A stretch of 50,674 bases of DNA. Source: a virus. Taxonomy: Duplodnaviria; Caudoviricetes. Shown piece by piece: positions 1 to 9,050 of this stretch (position 1 is the first letter of the stretch; every line of letters begins with the position of its first letter). The position numbers and the translations under genes were made by a program. The DNA lies in IMG/VR virus record IMGVR_UViG_3300032305_001858, positions 1 through 50,674 of that record. One strand, given 5' to 3'. The notes beneath the pieces are model-generated. The model was given only the letters and a program-made list of their open reading frames with translations. It did no database searches and was not told where the DNA came from.

Positions 1-381
1 ATGGATGAAGCCATGTCCGAGGCCGAGATCGATGCGATCGAGTGTGTGGTCGAGGACGGCAGAATCGCCAGCATGAGCGTCTACGGCGTAATGCGATCGC
101 TGCTCGTCAGGCTGCGGCCGGAACGGGAGAGCCAGTCATATGAGAAAAGCGACGAGAAACGCGCGAACACTAATACGAATCGGGACACGACACCCAGCGA
201 GGGTAGTGTGCAGGAAGAGTGTGCGCTGACCGACGAGGAGCGGGAGGCGATCACGATGGCTGTGTCGGCGTGTGATGTTGAAGCGAGTCTTAATGTCGCG
301 TGCGATGGCCGTCAGTCATTTGCCGGATTGTGGAGCGACCGATCCGCCACGCTCCGCAAGCTTCTGGAGCGACTCTCTTGA
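1..381 (+). CDS. Hypothetical phage protein (possibly 5'-truncated by window edge)
   Basis: ORF from position 1; C-terminal LTDEEREAI...ATLRKLLERL helix; stop overlaps next start (TTGA). Confidence 0.6.
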   Translation: MDEAMSEAEIDAIECVVEDGRIASMSVYGVMRSLLVRLRPERESQSYEKSDEKRANTNTNRDTTPSEGSVQEECALTDEEREAITMAVSACDVEASLNVACDGRQSFAGLWSDRSATLRKLLERLS

Positions 382-974
382 ACGCCGACATCCCAACCCT
401 TCGATGCTGGGTGCGACTCCCTCATATCGCCGATTCGAGCGGCGTCGAAGAGGCTTACGCATTCGCGATTCAGAGCGTCGGCGGTCGTGCCCTTGCTTTT
501 CATTGCCTGATGATCAGCGGTGCGCATTATCGCGGCGTCCCGATCCACGCCATCGCTCTGCGTCCCGATGCGGTCGAGATGAGCTTAGGTGACTGCCAGT
601 TGTGGGACTGTTTCTCTGCTCGTCCGATCGTTCACGTGTTTGACCTTCTTCGCGATCACAGGTGCATCGCGTACACGCGAAGCGGTTCGCAGAATGGACG
701 CTACCTGTTCACCGTGGACTGGCTCCCCGAGACTCAAGAGCGTCCGGGCTTCACGCTGAATCCTGAACAGAATAAGTGTGCGCACGTGATCGCGTTGGAC
801 AACGGCAATCTCTGCGCGTTGCCAACCAATCGCATCGCGTGGACGGACGCGTACTTCGTTGGCGGCAAGCCCAACCCCCGGAGTCGTGGCTATCGCGTCC
901 AGACTGAGGTCTATCGGTGCGAGGGGGGCGACTGGGACGTGTCGAGAGACGAGAGTTATATGTACGGCGAATGA
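378..974 (+). CDS. Conserved hypothetical phage protein
   Basis: TTG start at 378 after GGAG, overlapping upstream stop; LNADIP/GRAL.F/QLWDCFS/YLFTVDW/P.NRI.W motifs resemble a protein family I recall from aquatic phages. Confidence 0.7.
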   Translation: MNADIPTLRCWVRLPHIADSSGVEEAYAFAIQSVGGRALAFHCLMISGAHYRGVPIHAIALRPDAVEMSLGDCQLWDCFSARPIVHVFDLLRDHRCIAYTRSGSQNGRYLFTVDWLPETQERPGFTLNPEQNKCAHVIALDNGNLCALPTNRIAWTDAYFVGGKPNPRSRGYRVQTEVYRCEGGDWDVSRDESYMYGE

Positions 975-1016
975 CATCTTCCGGGTCCACAGCCGTCGTC
1001 CGTAAAATGAACGTAG

Positions 1017-1706
1017 ATGCCCAAGCCAAAACGAGTGAAAAAGTCTCGACCGAAGCCGCCGATCGTCATCGAGCCGCTTCGCGAAGTCGAGGTCACGCCG
1101 CTCAACCGACAGCAAGACGCTGCCCTCAAGGCTATGTCTCGCTCGTCGATCTCTTTTCTTATCGGCCCGGCTGGTACGGGCAAGACTCACCTCGCCTGCG
1201 GATACGCCGCACGGTGCGTAGCCGACGGACGGTTCGAGAGAATCATCTTGACGCGTCCGATCGTCGAGGCTGGCGAGAGTCTTGGATTCTTGCCCGGTAC
1301 GTTCGAGGAAAAAGCCGCTCCGTATTTGTTGCCGATCCACGACGCTCTTGATGCGGTGGCCGGTCGCACTGGCCGACGTCGCGAGCAGATGCGTGCGATG
1401 CTGCAAGTGGCACCTCTCGCCTACATGAGAGGACGCACGTTCAACCGCTCGATCATCGTCGTCGATGAGTCTCAGAACTGCACGCTCAGCCAACTCAAGC
1501 TTGTCATCACGAGACTAGGCCGAGACTCGCAGATGATCCTGACCGGAGACCTCTCGCAGAGCGATCTTCGCAATCACGAACAGGCTCTCGGAACGGTAGT
1601 CAACAAACTTGAAGGCCTGCCGGGGGTCACCGTTTTCCGGTTTGACTCGTCTGGAATTGTCCGCCACCCGATTCTTGCGGGCGTGCTTGAACGCCTAGGA
1701 AACTAG
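1017..1706 (+). CDS. phoH: PhoH-family ATPase
   Basis: GPAGTGKT, TRP.VEAGE.LGFLPG, AYMRGRTF, DESQN, TGDLSQSD, RHP motifs. Confidence 0.96.
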   Translation: MPKPKRVKKSRPKPPIVIEPLREVEVTPLNRQQDAALKAMSRSSISFLIGPAGTGKTHLACGYAARCVADGRFERIILTRPIVEAGESLGFLPGTFEEKAAPYLLPIHDALDAVAGRTGRRREQMRAMLQVAPLAYMRGRTFNRSIIVVDESQNCTLSQLKLVITRLGRDSQMILTGDLSQSDLRNHEQALGTVVNKLEGLPGVTVFRFDSSGIVRHPILAGVLERLGN

Positions 1707-1714
1707 GCTTTTTT
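1693..1714 (+). terminator. Intrinsic terminator after phoH
   Basis: GCCTAG-GAAA-CTAGGC followed by T6. Confidence 0.75.
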
Positions 1715-1721
1715 GCCATTT

Positions 1722-1773
1722 GTGTCATAGCAGACACTTGACACTTGACATTAGGCCTACGTAGGCCTATCAT
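1722..1773 (+). promoter_or_regulatory. Promoter P1 with upstream GTGTCATAGC box and palindromic spacer
   Basis: TTGACA(1745)-17bp-TATCAT(1768); perfect 18-bp palindrome TAGGCCTACGTAGGCCTA at 1752-1769. Confidence 0.8.
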
Positions 1774-1815
1774 AGGGGCACAGTCGAAATCACCCCTCAA
1801 CGAAGGAGCCGTCCA

Positions 1816-2913
1816 GTGATCAACACAACTCTCGCAGCACCCGCATGGAAGTCTTATCGCGTCGGCACGATCGTCCGCCTCGACGATGGACGGAACTTCA
1901 CGATCGACTCGATCTCGATCGTCCATACCGATCGCGGGTACAACTCCCGCCGCTTCACGCTGACCGGCCCCGGCGGCAAGGAAGTCGTCAAGAGCAGCCG
2001 TGGCATCACCCTCTGGGTGGCCGGTCTGGAGAACGATCGCGGCGAGCCGACGCCCGCCGTCAAGCCGGTTGAGAGGCCACCTGTCTCGCCTCTGCCCGCC
2101 GTCGGCGTCCGCCATGCCAACTACCCCGCCCTTCTCCGTGCCTTGAAGAGCGGCAACAACGTCTGGCTGTACGGCCCTCCGGGCACGGGCAAGACGACCG
2201 CTGGCGAACAAGTCGCGGAAGACCTTGGCCTGAAGCTTCATCCGGTTTCCTGCGGACCGCAGACCGGCGAGTCCAAGCTGACCGGCTATAACGATGCCCA
2301 CGGTCGTGCCGTCCGCACAGCGATCCGCGAGGCCTTCGAGCATGGTGGTCTGCTCCTGATCGACGAGATCGACGCGGCGTCCCCGGCGGTTCTGGTAACG
2401 ATCAACAGCGTTCTCGCAAATCGATACGTCGGATTCCCTGACGGCACGGTCGAGCGGCACCCCGACTTCAAGGTGATCGCCGGAGCGAACACCGTCGGTC
2501 AGGGCGGCAACCGCAAGTTGGTGGGGCGTAATCAGTTGGACGAGGCCTCGCTTGACCGCTTCGTTGTCTTGCTCTGGCAGACCGATCCGGCGATCCTTGC
2601 CGCTCAGGCTCGCATCCCCGCCGAGACCCTGCGGTTCCTGCCGAAGCCCGCCGTCGTCAACTTCAGGCCGCACGCCGACGTCGAGACCAGCGTCTGCCGG
2701 TACTCTGAGTTTGCCGCTCGCATCATCGCAGCCGTCGGCCAGCTTGGCGACGGCGTCCGCCTGTCTGCCGGTGCCCGGTGCGTCCTCAACGGCGTCTCCC
2801 TGATCCGCGACGGCGGCTTCAGCGTCGATGACACGCTCGATGCGTGCATCTGGAAGTATTGTGATCGCGACACCCGCTCGAAGGTCGAGTCGATCGCCAA
2901 GAGCCTGTCATAG
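1816..2913 (+). CDS. MoxR/CobS-type AAA+ ATPase
   Basis: Walker A GPPGTGKT, Walker B LLLIDEID, HPDFKVIAGANT, GRNQLDEASLDRF; SD GAAGGAG. Confidence 0.9.
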   Translation: MINTTLAAPAWKSYRVGTIVRLDDGRNFTIDSISIVHTDRGYNSRRFTLTGPGGKEVVKSSRGITLWVAGLENDRGEPTPAVKPVERPPVSPLPAVGVRHANYPALLRALKSGNNVWLYGPPGTGKTTAGEQVAEDLGLKLHPVSCGPQTGESKLTGYNDAHGRAVRTAIREAFEHGGLLLIDEIDAASPAVLVTINSVLANRYVGFPDGTVERHPDFKVIAGANTVGQGGNRKLVGRNQLDEASLDRFVVLLWQTDPAILAAQARIPAETLRFLPKPAVVNFRPHADVETSVCRYSEFAARIIAAVGQLGDGVRLSAGARCVLNGVSLIRDGGFSVDDTLDACIWKYCDRDTRSKVESIAKSLS

Positions 2914-2958
2914 TACGGATACGCGTCCCTTGCTTTTCGTCCTACATCCGCCTATACT
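2906..2958 (+). promoter_or_regulatory. Promoter P2 between AAA gene and partner
   Basis: TGTCATAG box; TTGCTT(2930)-17bp-TATACT(2953); CCTA-N6-CCTA spacer as in P1. Confidence 0.65.
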
Positions 2959-2982
2959 CAGAAGCCACAAGGAGACATACCA

Positions 2983-3804
2983 GTGAAAAACACAGTTGCA
3001 AAGTTTGATTCTTGGGAGTCGTTCGTCGAGGCCGCAAGCATCGTCTCGTACAGCGGAAGCTGCGGCGGTCACAGTACGGGCGACAAAAGCTTCTATGGCA
3101 CGTCAAGCTTTGGCGAGGCTGCGAAGCTGGCTCGCGAGGGCTGGCAAGACGGCGTGAACCGCGTTCAGCAGATTCGTGCAAAGATCGCGACGGCGGTCCA
3201 GTCTCTGGTTTCTCGACGTGCGGAGTCGATCGGTTATGACGTCTTCGGAGAGTACGTGGACGTCGGCAGGTTCCTGACCGGGGAGCCGGAGTGCTTCGGA
3301 GTGCGAGTCTCCGACGATTCGTCCTCGAATCGTGTCGTTCGTATCAACGTCAATATCGGAGTCAGCGGCAGCGTGTCGCACTCAGCCATCTTTTCGCGAG
3401 GTGCCGTCGCGATTGCGGCGATCGACGTGATCGAGTCGTCTGGCGTTCGCGTCGAGGTGTACGGCGTTCACGGCTCCCTGAAGTCCGACGGCAGTGCGAT
3501 TCACGAAACTCACGTGCTGCTCAAGTCTGCCAACCAGCCGCTCGACATCGATCGGCTCGTGTTCGCGTTGTGCCATCCAAGCAGCCTGCGGCGGCTTTGC
3601 TTTTCGATCATCGAGAAGTACGGCCTGCGTGCGGATTACAGCAGGCCTCACGACGTGAAAACAGACAACGGCATCAGCACTCGACCGGCCTGCCGCAGCT
3701 ACGACTTCGACAACCGCGAACTGCTCCAAGAGATCAAGTGGATTTGCGACCAAGCCGGAGTCGAGATTTCGCAGGAAGAGATTGACGCTCTGGCGACTCA
3801 TTGA
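2983..3804 (+). CDS. vWA-like (CobT-type) partner of the AAA ATPase
   Basis: Adjacent to MoxR-type ATPase; DVGRFLTGEPEC, degenerate MIDAS-like NIGVSGSV, LK....PLDIDRL.FAL.HPS.LRR. Confidence 0.65.
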   Translation: MKNTVAKFDSWESFVEAASIVSYSGSCGGHSTGDKSFYGTSSFGEAAKLAREGWQDGVNRVQQIRAKIATAVQSLVSRRAESIGYDVFGEYVDVGRFLTGEPECFGVRVSDDSSSNRVVRINVNIGVSGSVSHSAIFSRGAVAIAAIDVIESSGVRVEVYGVHGSLKSDGSAIHETHVLLKSANQPLDIDRLVFALCHPSSLRRLCFSIIEKYGLRADYSRPHDVKTDNGISTRPACRSYDFDNRELLQEIKWICDQAGVEISQEEIDALATH

Positions 3805-3842
3805 TTGTCTGGATACCATCACCCTAAAGCAAGAAGACTCCC

Positions 3843-3941
3843 GTGAACGCAACCAGCACCAACCAGTTCATCATCTCTCGGTTTCCAGCCAGCGTGGCCG
3901 GGCGAGGGCGAGACGATTCTGATCTGGAAGGGAGGCAGTGA
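3843..3941 (+). CDS. Small ORF or decayed gene remnant (32 aa)
   Basis: GTG start in the same leader context (AGACTCCCGTGAA) as 5389 but SD degraded to AAGAAG. Confidence 0.3.
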   Translation: MNATSTNQFIISRFPASVAGRGRDDSDLEGRQ

Positions 3942-4243
3942 TGGCTGCGAAGTTCATCGTTAAGGAGAAGCAGTTTCAGGGAACGTACCGCAATCCGTTC
4001 TGCAAAGGCGGAGGCGGCATGAAGTGGGGCAAGTGGAAGACAAAGTCTTCTCACGCAACACTCCGCGAGGCACTTGACGCTGCGGTGGTTCGAGTTGGTC
4101 TTGCGAAGCGTTCGGTGTTCTACCGGGGTCAGCAAGTGTCTGATGGCTACAAGCTGAACATCTGCGTGCCTCGACTGCCGTTCGGAACGGACGTCGTGGC
4201 TTGGGCTGAATCAACACTCATCAAGGAAAGCGAGGAGACGTGA
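3938..4243 (+). CDS. Hypothetical protein
   Basis: SD GGAGG; overlapping start/stop chain. Confidence 0.7.
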   Translation: MMAAKFIVKEKQFQGTYRNPFCKGGGGMKWGKWKTKSSHATLREALDAAVVRVGLAKRSVFYRGQQVSDGYKLNICVPRLPFGTDVVAWAESTLIKESEET

Positions 4244-4491
4244 TGCACCAGATCAAACCGACGACATCGTTCGCAGGGACGCCTCGTGACCGGATGGCTG
4301 ACGCTCTGGCGTCAGTCGCCAACGCTCTCGAAGCGGCTCAGCGGCTCATGGGAGAGGCGACTCCCAACGGGCGTGATTACCATGATCAATCGCAGTGGGC
4401 GATCGATCGCAAAGAGTCGGATCGTCGCATCCGTCTCGTCGAGGAGTTGGTGCGGCAATACTGGACTGAAGCGATGGAGGTGCAAGAATGA
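4240..4491 (+). CDS. Hypothetical protein
   Basis: SD GAGGAG; GTGA overlap. Confidence 0.75.
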   Translation: MMHQIKPTTSFAGTPRDRMADALASVANALEAAQRLMGEATPNGRDYHDQSQWAIDRKESDRRIRLVEELVRQYWTEAMEVQE

Positions 4492-4739
4492 AGACAATCG
4501 CAACCATCAAACGAAGCCCGAAGGTCGAGTCCGTCCGCGACGAGCGAGTGCCCGGCGACGGCTCTGAGGACGGCGGCGGCAACGGCATCTGGGCCTATCT
4601 CAAGCCCGGCTGGCGTTGCACGCTCGCCGATAGCCACGCCTGCCACGAGTACACCGTCGAGGACTTGGCGAAGGCCGTCCGGTGGGCAGAACCCTGCCCC
4701 TGCGAAGATTGCATGAAAACCCCTGAAAAACAGGCCTAA
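4488..4739 (+). CDS. Small Cys/His-containing hypothetical protein
   Basis: SD GGAGGT; ATGA overlap; H.CHE...CPCEDC possible metal site. Confidence 0.75.
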   Translation: MKTIATIKRSPKVESVRDERVPGDGSEDGGGNGIWAYLKPGWRCTLADSHACHEYTVEDLAKAVRWAEPCPCEDCMKTPEKQA

Positions 4740-4747
4740 AAAATCGT

Positions 4748-4798
4748 GTGTCATAGCAGGATTTTCCCCCTTGCAATCCGCCTAGGTAAACCTATAAT
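4748..4798 (+). promoter_or_regulatory. Promoter P3
   Basis: GTGTCATAGC box; TTGCAA(4771)-16bp-TATAAT(4793); CCTAGGTAAACCTA. Confidence 0.8.
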
Positions 4799-4804
4799 GC
4801 AGCC

Positions 4805-4996
4805 ATGAGCAACATCACCAAGCAACTCGAAAAACTCGCAGCCGCCCCGGCGGGCACGCTGAAGCGGATCGCCAAGACATGGGTCTTGTACGTTCCGAAA
4901 AGCTACGGGGCCGCTCGATTCAGCATCGACGGCCAAGAGTTCGACATCGACGGTGCGGTCGCGAGACTCACCCAGACCAACACGAAGGAGACATGA
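4805..4996 (+). CDS. Hypothetical protein, probably leaderless
   Basis: ATG 6 nt after TATAAT, no SD; stop overlaps next gene. Confidence 0.7.
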   Translation: MSNITKQLEKLAAAPAGTLKRIAKTWVLYVPKSYGAARFSIDGQEFDIDGAVARLTQTNTKET

Positions 4997-5325
4997 TGCA
5001 ATACAGCGTTGACCAGAAGGGCACCAAGAAAGTCATCCGGCACTGGGCCGACGGCACTGCCTACGAGCAGACCAGTCAGTCTGAGGTCGCGTTCAAGGGC
5101 AAGTGTCGCGTGAATGTCGATGCCGACGACTTCTTCGGCGGCGAAGACAGCCGCAAGTATCGCGGCCCGGTGATCGAGAGTCCGACGTGGCGGAAGCTTT
5201 TCGGCGAAGCCAAGCGAAGCCAAGCCAAGACTCTCGACTACCATCACGACTTTTTCGAGGGTGCCATCGTCGCCACAGTCGACGCCAAGGGCGTCAAGGT
5301 TCTCCACCTCCTCCTCGGCTCTTGA
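4993..5325 (+). CDS. Hypothetical protein
   Basis: SD AAGGAG; ATGA overlap. Confidence 0.75.
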   Translation: MMQYSVDQKGTKKVIRHWADGTAYEQTSQSEVAFKGKCRVNVDADDFFGGEDSRKYRGPVIESPTWRKLFGEAKRSQAKTLDYHHDFFEGAIVATVDAKGVKVLHLLLGS

Positions 5326-5388
5326 TCTATTGTCACCGCCTGAATTGTCCGGATACACTCGCCACCCCCAAGACTCAAGGAGACTCCC

Positions 5389-5613
5389 GTGAAGAACAGC
5401 CAGCAACGAGTCGCAGAAGCGGCCATCAAATACGCGACCAACAGGAGCAACGGCGTTCTGAGCATCGATACCTGTTGGTGCATTGCTCTTGGTCAAGTCA
5501 CGAGGTGGATCGAGGATCAGGACGATTCGATCTCCCCCCAGCGGATCGTGTTCGTTGCCCGCGAGGCCTCTAAGTTGATCGCTGACCACTACAGAAATCT
5601 CGCCAGCCTTTAG
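5389..5613 (+). CDS. Hypothetical protein
   Basis: SD AAGGAG, GTG start. Confidence 0.7.
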   Translation: MKNSQQRVAEAAIKYATNRSNGVLSIDTCWCIALGQVTRWIEDQDDSISPQRIVFVAREASKLIADHYRNLASL

Positions 5614-5627
5614 TCTGGATACCCTCA

Positions 5628-5996
5628 CCCGAAAGGAACCCAACCCGTGAAGACAAAAGCCACCAAGATCGACCGCCTGACGTGGAGCTACCGTGGCTTC
5701 GAGATCAAGCGAAGCTTCATCAGCCCTCACGGCACGTGGAACGTCTGCAAGACTCCGCAAGGCTATCGAGTCACTCCCGGCGGCAAGTCTGATGGAGACT
5801 GGGAGCCAAGCATTAAGGACGCAGTCGAGGGCATCGACAGGCTCTACGCCCGGTACTTCGAGTTGTCGTCGCAGGGCAAGTGGATCGTGATTCAGGCAAT
5901 CAGAAAGCTTCAGGAGCAGCGCGCGTCGAAGCGGATCGCCGTCAGCCAGTAGTACGGACTCTCTCGCCCATCACCCCGAAAGGAACCCAACCCGTG
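5628..5996 (+). repeat. 22-bp direct repeat CCCGAAAGGAACCCAACCCGTG (5628-5649 and 5975-5996)
   Basis: Exact match covering RBS and start codon of consecutive genes; partial third copy near 6202-6221. Confidence 0.9.
5647..5952 (+). CDS. Hypothetical protein
   Basis: SD AAAGGA, GTG start. Confidence 0.75.
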   Translation: MKTKATKIDRLTWSYRGFEIKRSFISPHGTWNVCKTPQGYRVTPGGKSDGDWEPSIKDAVEGIDRLYARYFELSSQGKWIVIQAIRKLQEQRASKRIAVSQ

Positions 5997-6179
5997 GAAC
6001 TCATCATCAAAATCAACCTCGACAACGATGCCCTCCAGAGCAAGGTAGAGATCGCCCGGTGCCTCTTTAAGACAGCAGGGGGGATTCTCGAAACGCCGGG
6101 CGAGGCTCCGGTGAACGGCAGCGGCTTCGTCCGCGACGTGAACGGCAACAGCGTCGGCCAGTGGGACATCATCGACTGA
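5994..6179 (+). CDS. Small hypothetical phage protein
   Basis: Same leader as 5647; I.I.LDN.A...RD.NGN.VG.W motif. Confidence 0.75.
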   Translation: MELIIKINLDNDALQSKVEIARCLFKTAGGILETPGEAPVNGSGFVRDVNGNSVGQWDIID

Positions 6180-6218
6180 TAGTACGGACTTCATTACCCA
6201 TCACCTGAAAGGAACACC

Positions 6219-6467
6219 GTGAACAAGAACATTTTCTACTGGCCCATCGTGTGCGGACCTGTCGTCTGCAAGAACAGGGCATTCTCGGATGAACCCGAGA
6301 CAGAAGAGCCGATCGTCCCCGAGACTCTTGGCGAGGCTGCGAGTCTCGAAAAGACCACCATCGAGTATCTCTGTCTTGCGGCTGTGTACCAGTTGCTGGA
6401 AGAGAAAAAGCTGACCCCCGCAGACATCCAAGCCGCTTACCAGAGAGGTGAGACTTCATCGTCGTGA
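6219..6467 (+). CDS. Hypothetical protein
   Basis: SD AAAGGA, GTG start. Confidence 0.65.
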   Translation: MNKNIFYWPIVCGPVVCKNRAFSDEPETEEPIVPETLGEAASLEKTTIEYLCLAAVYQLLEEKKLTPADIQAAYQRGETSSS

Positions 6468-6550
6468 ACAAGGAACTCGTGAGACTCGCCACCGTGGCGC
6501 AAGTCCAGCTTCGACAGGTCACTCTCAAGACGAAGGAGGTGCTGAAGTGA
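6464..6550 (+). CDS. Micro-ORF (28 aa)
   Basis: GTGA overlaps at both ends fill the gap exactly; MNKELVRLATVAQVQLRQVTLKTKEVLK. Confidence 0.45.
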   Translation: MNKELVRLATVAQVQLRQVTLKTKEVLK

Positions 6551-6903
6551 AGACACACCTACGGTTTTATAAGCCAGTCAAGAGGAACGGCAAGTTCTGC
6601 TGCCGTGGCAAGCTTGTCATTCGTTTCTCGTACTCGCGAGAGGAAGGCGTCGGCTGCTACCTGATCACTCGCGACCTCGAAGCGTTTTTTGTTCCGGCAG
6701 GGAAGTACGAGTGGCAGGCAGAGCCTGTCGCGAAGGTCGAACGTGATGCCGAGAAGCCGGGAGACCGGCATAAGAACTACCTCAAGTCTCACGGGTGGCT
6801 GCAAACGTCTGCCGCAGAGCAGCGGTCACTTGCCAAGCTGTACGCAATTCTTCGCAAGGACTGGGATCAGCGAGTCAGCCAGCACAAGGAGGTAAACCAG
6901 TGA
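6547..6903 (+). CDS. Hypothetical protein
   Basis: SD AAGGAGGT, GTG start. Confidence 0.7.
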   Translation: MKTHLRFYKPVKRNGKFCCRGKLVIRFSYSREEGVGCYLITRDLEAFFVPAGKYEWQAEPVAKVERDAEKPGDRHKNYLKSHGWLQTSAAEQRSLAKLYAILRKDWDQRVSQHKEVNQ

Positions 6904-7190
6904 AACCATTCCGACTCTCAGCGAACTGGATCGCCTACGCACACGGCCCGGCGGCGGACGACCGCCAGCCGTCGGCAGTTGAACTCTGCGACATGATCAC
7001 GGAGCGAGACTACGTGCTGGTGCCCGGCGATCGGCTCGACCTTATCAGGGAGATCATCGACGTGGCAGGCCTCTACACGTCGGCCTACGGCGGCGACCGC
7101 GAGGAGAAGCTTCAGGCGGCAAGGGCGAGGCAGTTGATTCAGCGGGCGTGCAAGTGGATCGAAGACACCTCAGCGAAGGAGAAGGCATGA
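6900..7190 (+). CDS. Hypothetical protein
   Basis: SD AAGGAGGT, GTGA overlap. Confidence 0.75.
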   Translation: MKPFRLSANWIAYAHGPAADDRQPSAVELCDMITERDYVLVPGDRLDLIREIIDVAGLYTSAYGGDREEKLQAARARQLIQRACKWIEDTSAKEKA

Positions 7191-7627
7191 CCATCAACAG
7201 TGTGATTCAACGAGCGGTCTCCGTCGTGACTCGCGACGGACATGAGATCGAGTGGTTCGCGAACGAGAAGGACGCGTCGGCGTTTGTCCAGCACGTCTAC
7301 GGCCTGTCGCCGTATGATCTGATCGGCCACCCAAGCGTGTCGATCGGCGGGATCAGGGAGCCTCGCGCCGGAGACTTGGTCAAGACCCCGGAGGGACTCG
7401 CAATGCTGGGCGGAGACGGGGCTGCGACCCTCAACGCCCGGACGTTCCGGGCCGGGGGACGAGTCTCGTGTTCAGGAGGCCCGGACGTGCCCGTAGACGT
7501 CGATCGGCTGCGGCTGGTGGGTCTGGAGAGGGTACAGGTCTGGCGGTGGGCGGACGGCTACCCAGCGGCTCACAACGACGGCTACTACGGCGTCACCGTC
7601 CCCGTCTGGGAGGAGGCCAAAACATGA
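7187..7627 (+). CDS. Hypothetical protein (DUF4121-like C-terminal motif)
   Basis: SCSGGP...W.W....AH.......VPVWE; ATGA overlap. Confidence 0.65.
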   Translation: MTINSVIQRAVSVVTRDGHEIEWFANEKDASAFVQHVYGLSPYDLIGHPSVSIGGIREPRAGDLVKTPEGLAMLGGDGAATLNARTFRAGGRVSCSGGPDVPVDVDRLRLVGLERVQVWRWADGYPAAHNDGYYGVTVPVWEEAKT

Positions 7628-7632
7628 CTGTC

Positions 7633-7684
7633 CACTTTCGAGGGCAATTGCGGAATTGCTCGAAAGTGCCCTAAAAATAGGGCA
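7633..7684. terminator. Overlapping hairpins upstream of P4
   Basis: CACTTTCGA..GCAATT-GCGG-AATTGC-TCGAAAGTG and TGCCCTA-AAAA-TAGGGCA. Confidence 0.55.
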
Positions 7685-7694
7685 TTTCTGAATT

Positions 7695-7746
7695 GTGTCA
7701 TAGCGGCAGATTTACCCCTTGCAATCGGCCTACGTTGCCCTATAAT
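7695..7746 (+). promoter_or_regulatory. Promoter P4
   Basis: GTGTCATAGC box; TTGCAA(7719)-16bp-TATAAT(7741); CCTACGTTGCCCTA. Confidence 0.8.
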
Positions 7747-7790
7747 GCAGGGGTCGAGACGAGACACAGCGAACCACGAGGAGATCACCA

Positions 7791-8081
7791 GTGAAAGACA
7801 TCGCCCTTAACTACAGCCTGCCAGTTACCAGCCGAGCCTATGCGAGACTCGACGCTCTCGACTCGACGCTCATCGGCACGCCCGACTACCTCGGCCTCGC
7901 CTACTACTGGGCAGGCGAGTACAAGCAGTTCCTCCGCATCGCAACCCCGAAGCAGCGGAAGCTTGTGCATGACCGGCTCCTCGCCGCCAAGCTGCACCTC
8001 GACGGCGTTAGCCCCCAGCACGAGTCGATCGTCAAGAAGGTTCTTCTCAAGAAGGCCAAGAAGGTTTACGGCCTGTCCTGA
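7791..8081 (+). CDS. Hypothetical protein
   Basis: SD GAGGAG; first gene after P4. Confidence 0.75.
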   Translation: MKDIALNYSLPVTSRAYARLDALDSTLIGTPDYLGLAYYWAGEYKQFLRIATPKQRKLVHDRLLAAKLHLDGVSPQHESIVKKVLLKKAKKVYGLS

Positions 8082-8117
8082 ATCAACCATCACCCCAAGC
8101 CCGAAGGAGACGAAGCA

Positions 8118-8495
8118 ATGGACCCACTCCACAACGCCGAAGCAATGCTCGACCGGCTGGTCGCCTCCGCAGAGTTTTCGCTGAGCAATGAATCGCTCAC
8201 TCGCCACGACCGATTCGGCTACGAGGCCGACGCCCGGCTGCGACCGATCCACGGTCACCTAGTCGGACTTGGCTGGACTGTCGAGACCTCAACTCGCGGC
8301 AGCGTCTACTACTCCAAGGATGGCGAGCGGCTTAGGCTATCGAACCACGAGGTGCCCAGCACGGCGGAGCGAGAAGACGCCACAGCCAACGGTCGATGGA
8401 CGTGGACACGATGCGGCTGGCAAGTCATCACGACCAAAAGTCTTGATTCGTGCATTAAAGAGATTTCGGATATCGAGGAAGCGATCAGCGAGTGA
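8118..8495 (+). CDS. Hypothetical protein
   Basis: SD AAGGAG; S.Y......LRLSNH motif. Confidence 0.75.
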   Translation: MDPLHNAEAMLDRLVASAEFSLSNESLTRHDRFGYEADARLRPIHGHLVGLGWTVETSTRGSVYYSKDGERLRLSNHEVPSTAEREDATANGRWTWTRCGWQVITTKSLDSCIKEISDIEEAISE

Positions 8496-8528
8496 CTGCT
8501 AACACCACCAACCAGAGGAGACTCACCA

Positions 8529-9050
8529 GTGAACATCAGCATCTCAATCTGCCCGACCAGCCTTCAGTTCGACAACGGCGACACGTATGACGAGCAGAAG
8601 TTGCTCGCTGCCATTCGCAAGTTCATCGAGCAGCAGCACCCCAACGCGACCATATCGTGCCTCCAGATCGGCCACCGTCAGGGCGACCAGTGGGCGAAGG
8701 TCGACGGCAACAGGGATCGAGGCGAATACTTGCTCTCCGGGTTCTTTGAGCGGCACAGCGGTGATGAAGACCTGTTCGTCGAGAGCGACGATGCAGAGTT
8801 TCGCAAGATCGGCATCAGCATGTCGGCGGATAAGCTGTGCGAACTGAGCGGACTCTCTCTCGAAGACTGGGGCATCGACGAGGACACCAGCGTGATCGTG
8901 TTCCCCGACCGGATCAACGCCACGACGGAGTCTGGCTTGGGCATCCCCGACATCGCGGCTGGCAACGCCGCGCTGGAGAAGAAGGTCTGGGCGGCAGCGG
9001 TCGAGTGGTTCAGCCGACGTCCGCCTGTGTTAAAAGGAGGTGACCAGTGA
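8529..9050 (+). CDS. Hypothetical protein
   Basis: SD GAGGAG, GTG start. Confidence 0.75.
   Translation: MNISISICPTSLQFDNGDTYDEQKLLAAIRKFIEQQHPNATISCLQIGHRQGDQWAKVDGNRDRGEYLLSGFFERHSGDEDLFVESDDAEFRKIGISMSADKLCELSGLSLEDWGIDEDTSVIVFPDRINATTESGLGIPDIAAGNAALEKKVWAAAVEWFSRRPPVLKGGDQ

Noticed and set aside
5611-6221. Repeat-spacer-repeat pattern resembling CRISPR or integron cassettes
   Set aside because: Spacers are whole ORFs of 180-310 bp, repeats are RBS-containing and not attC-like, and no cas or integron integrase is in the window
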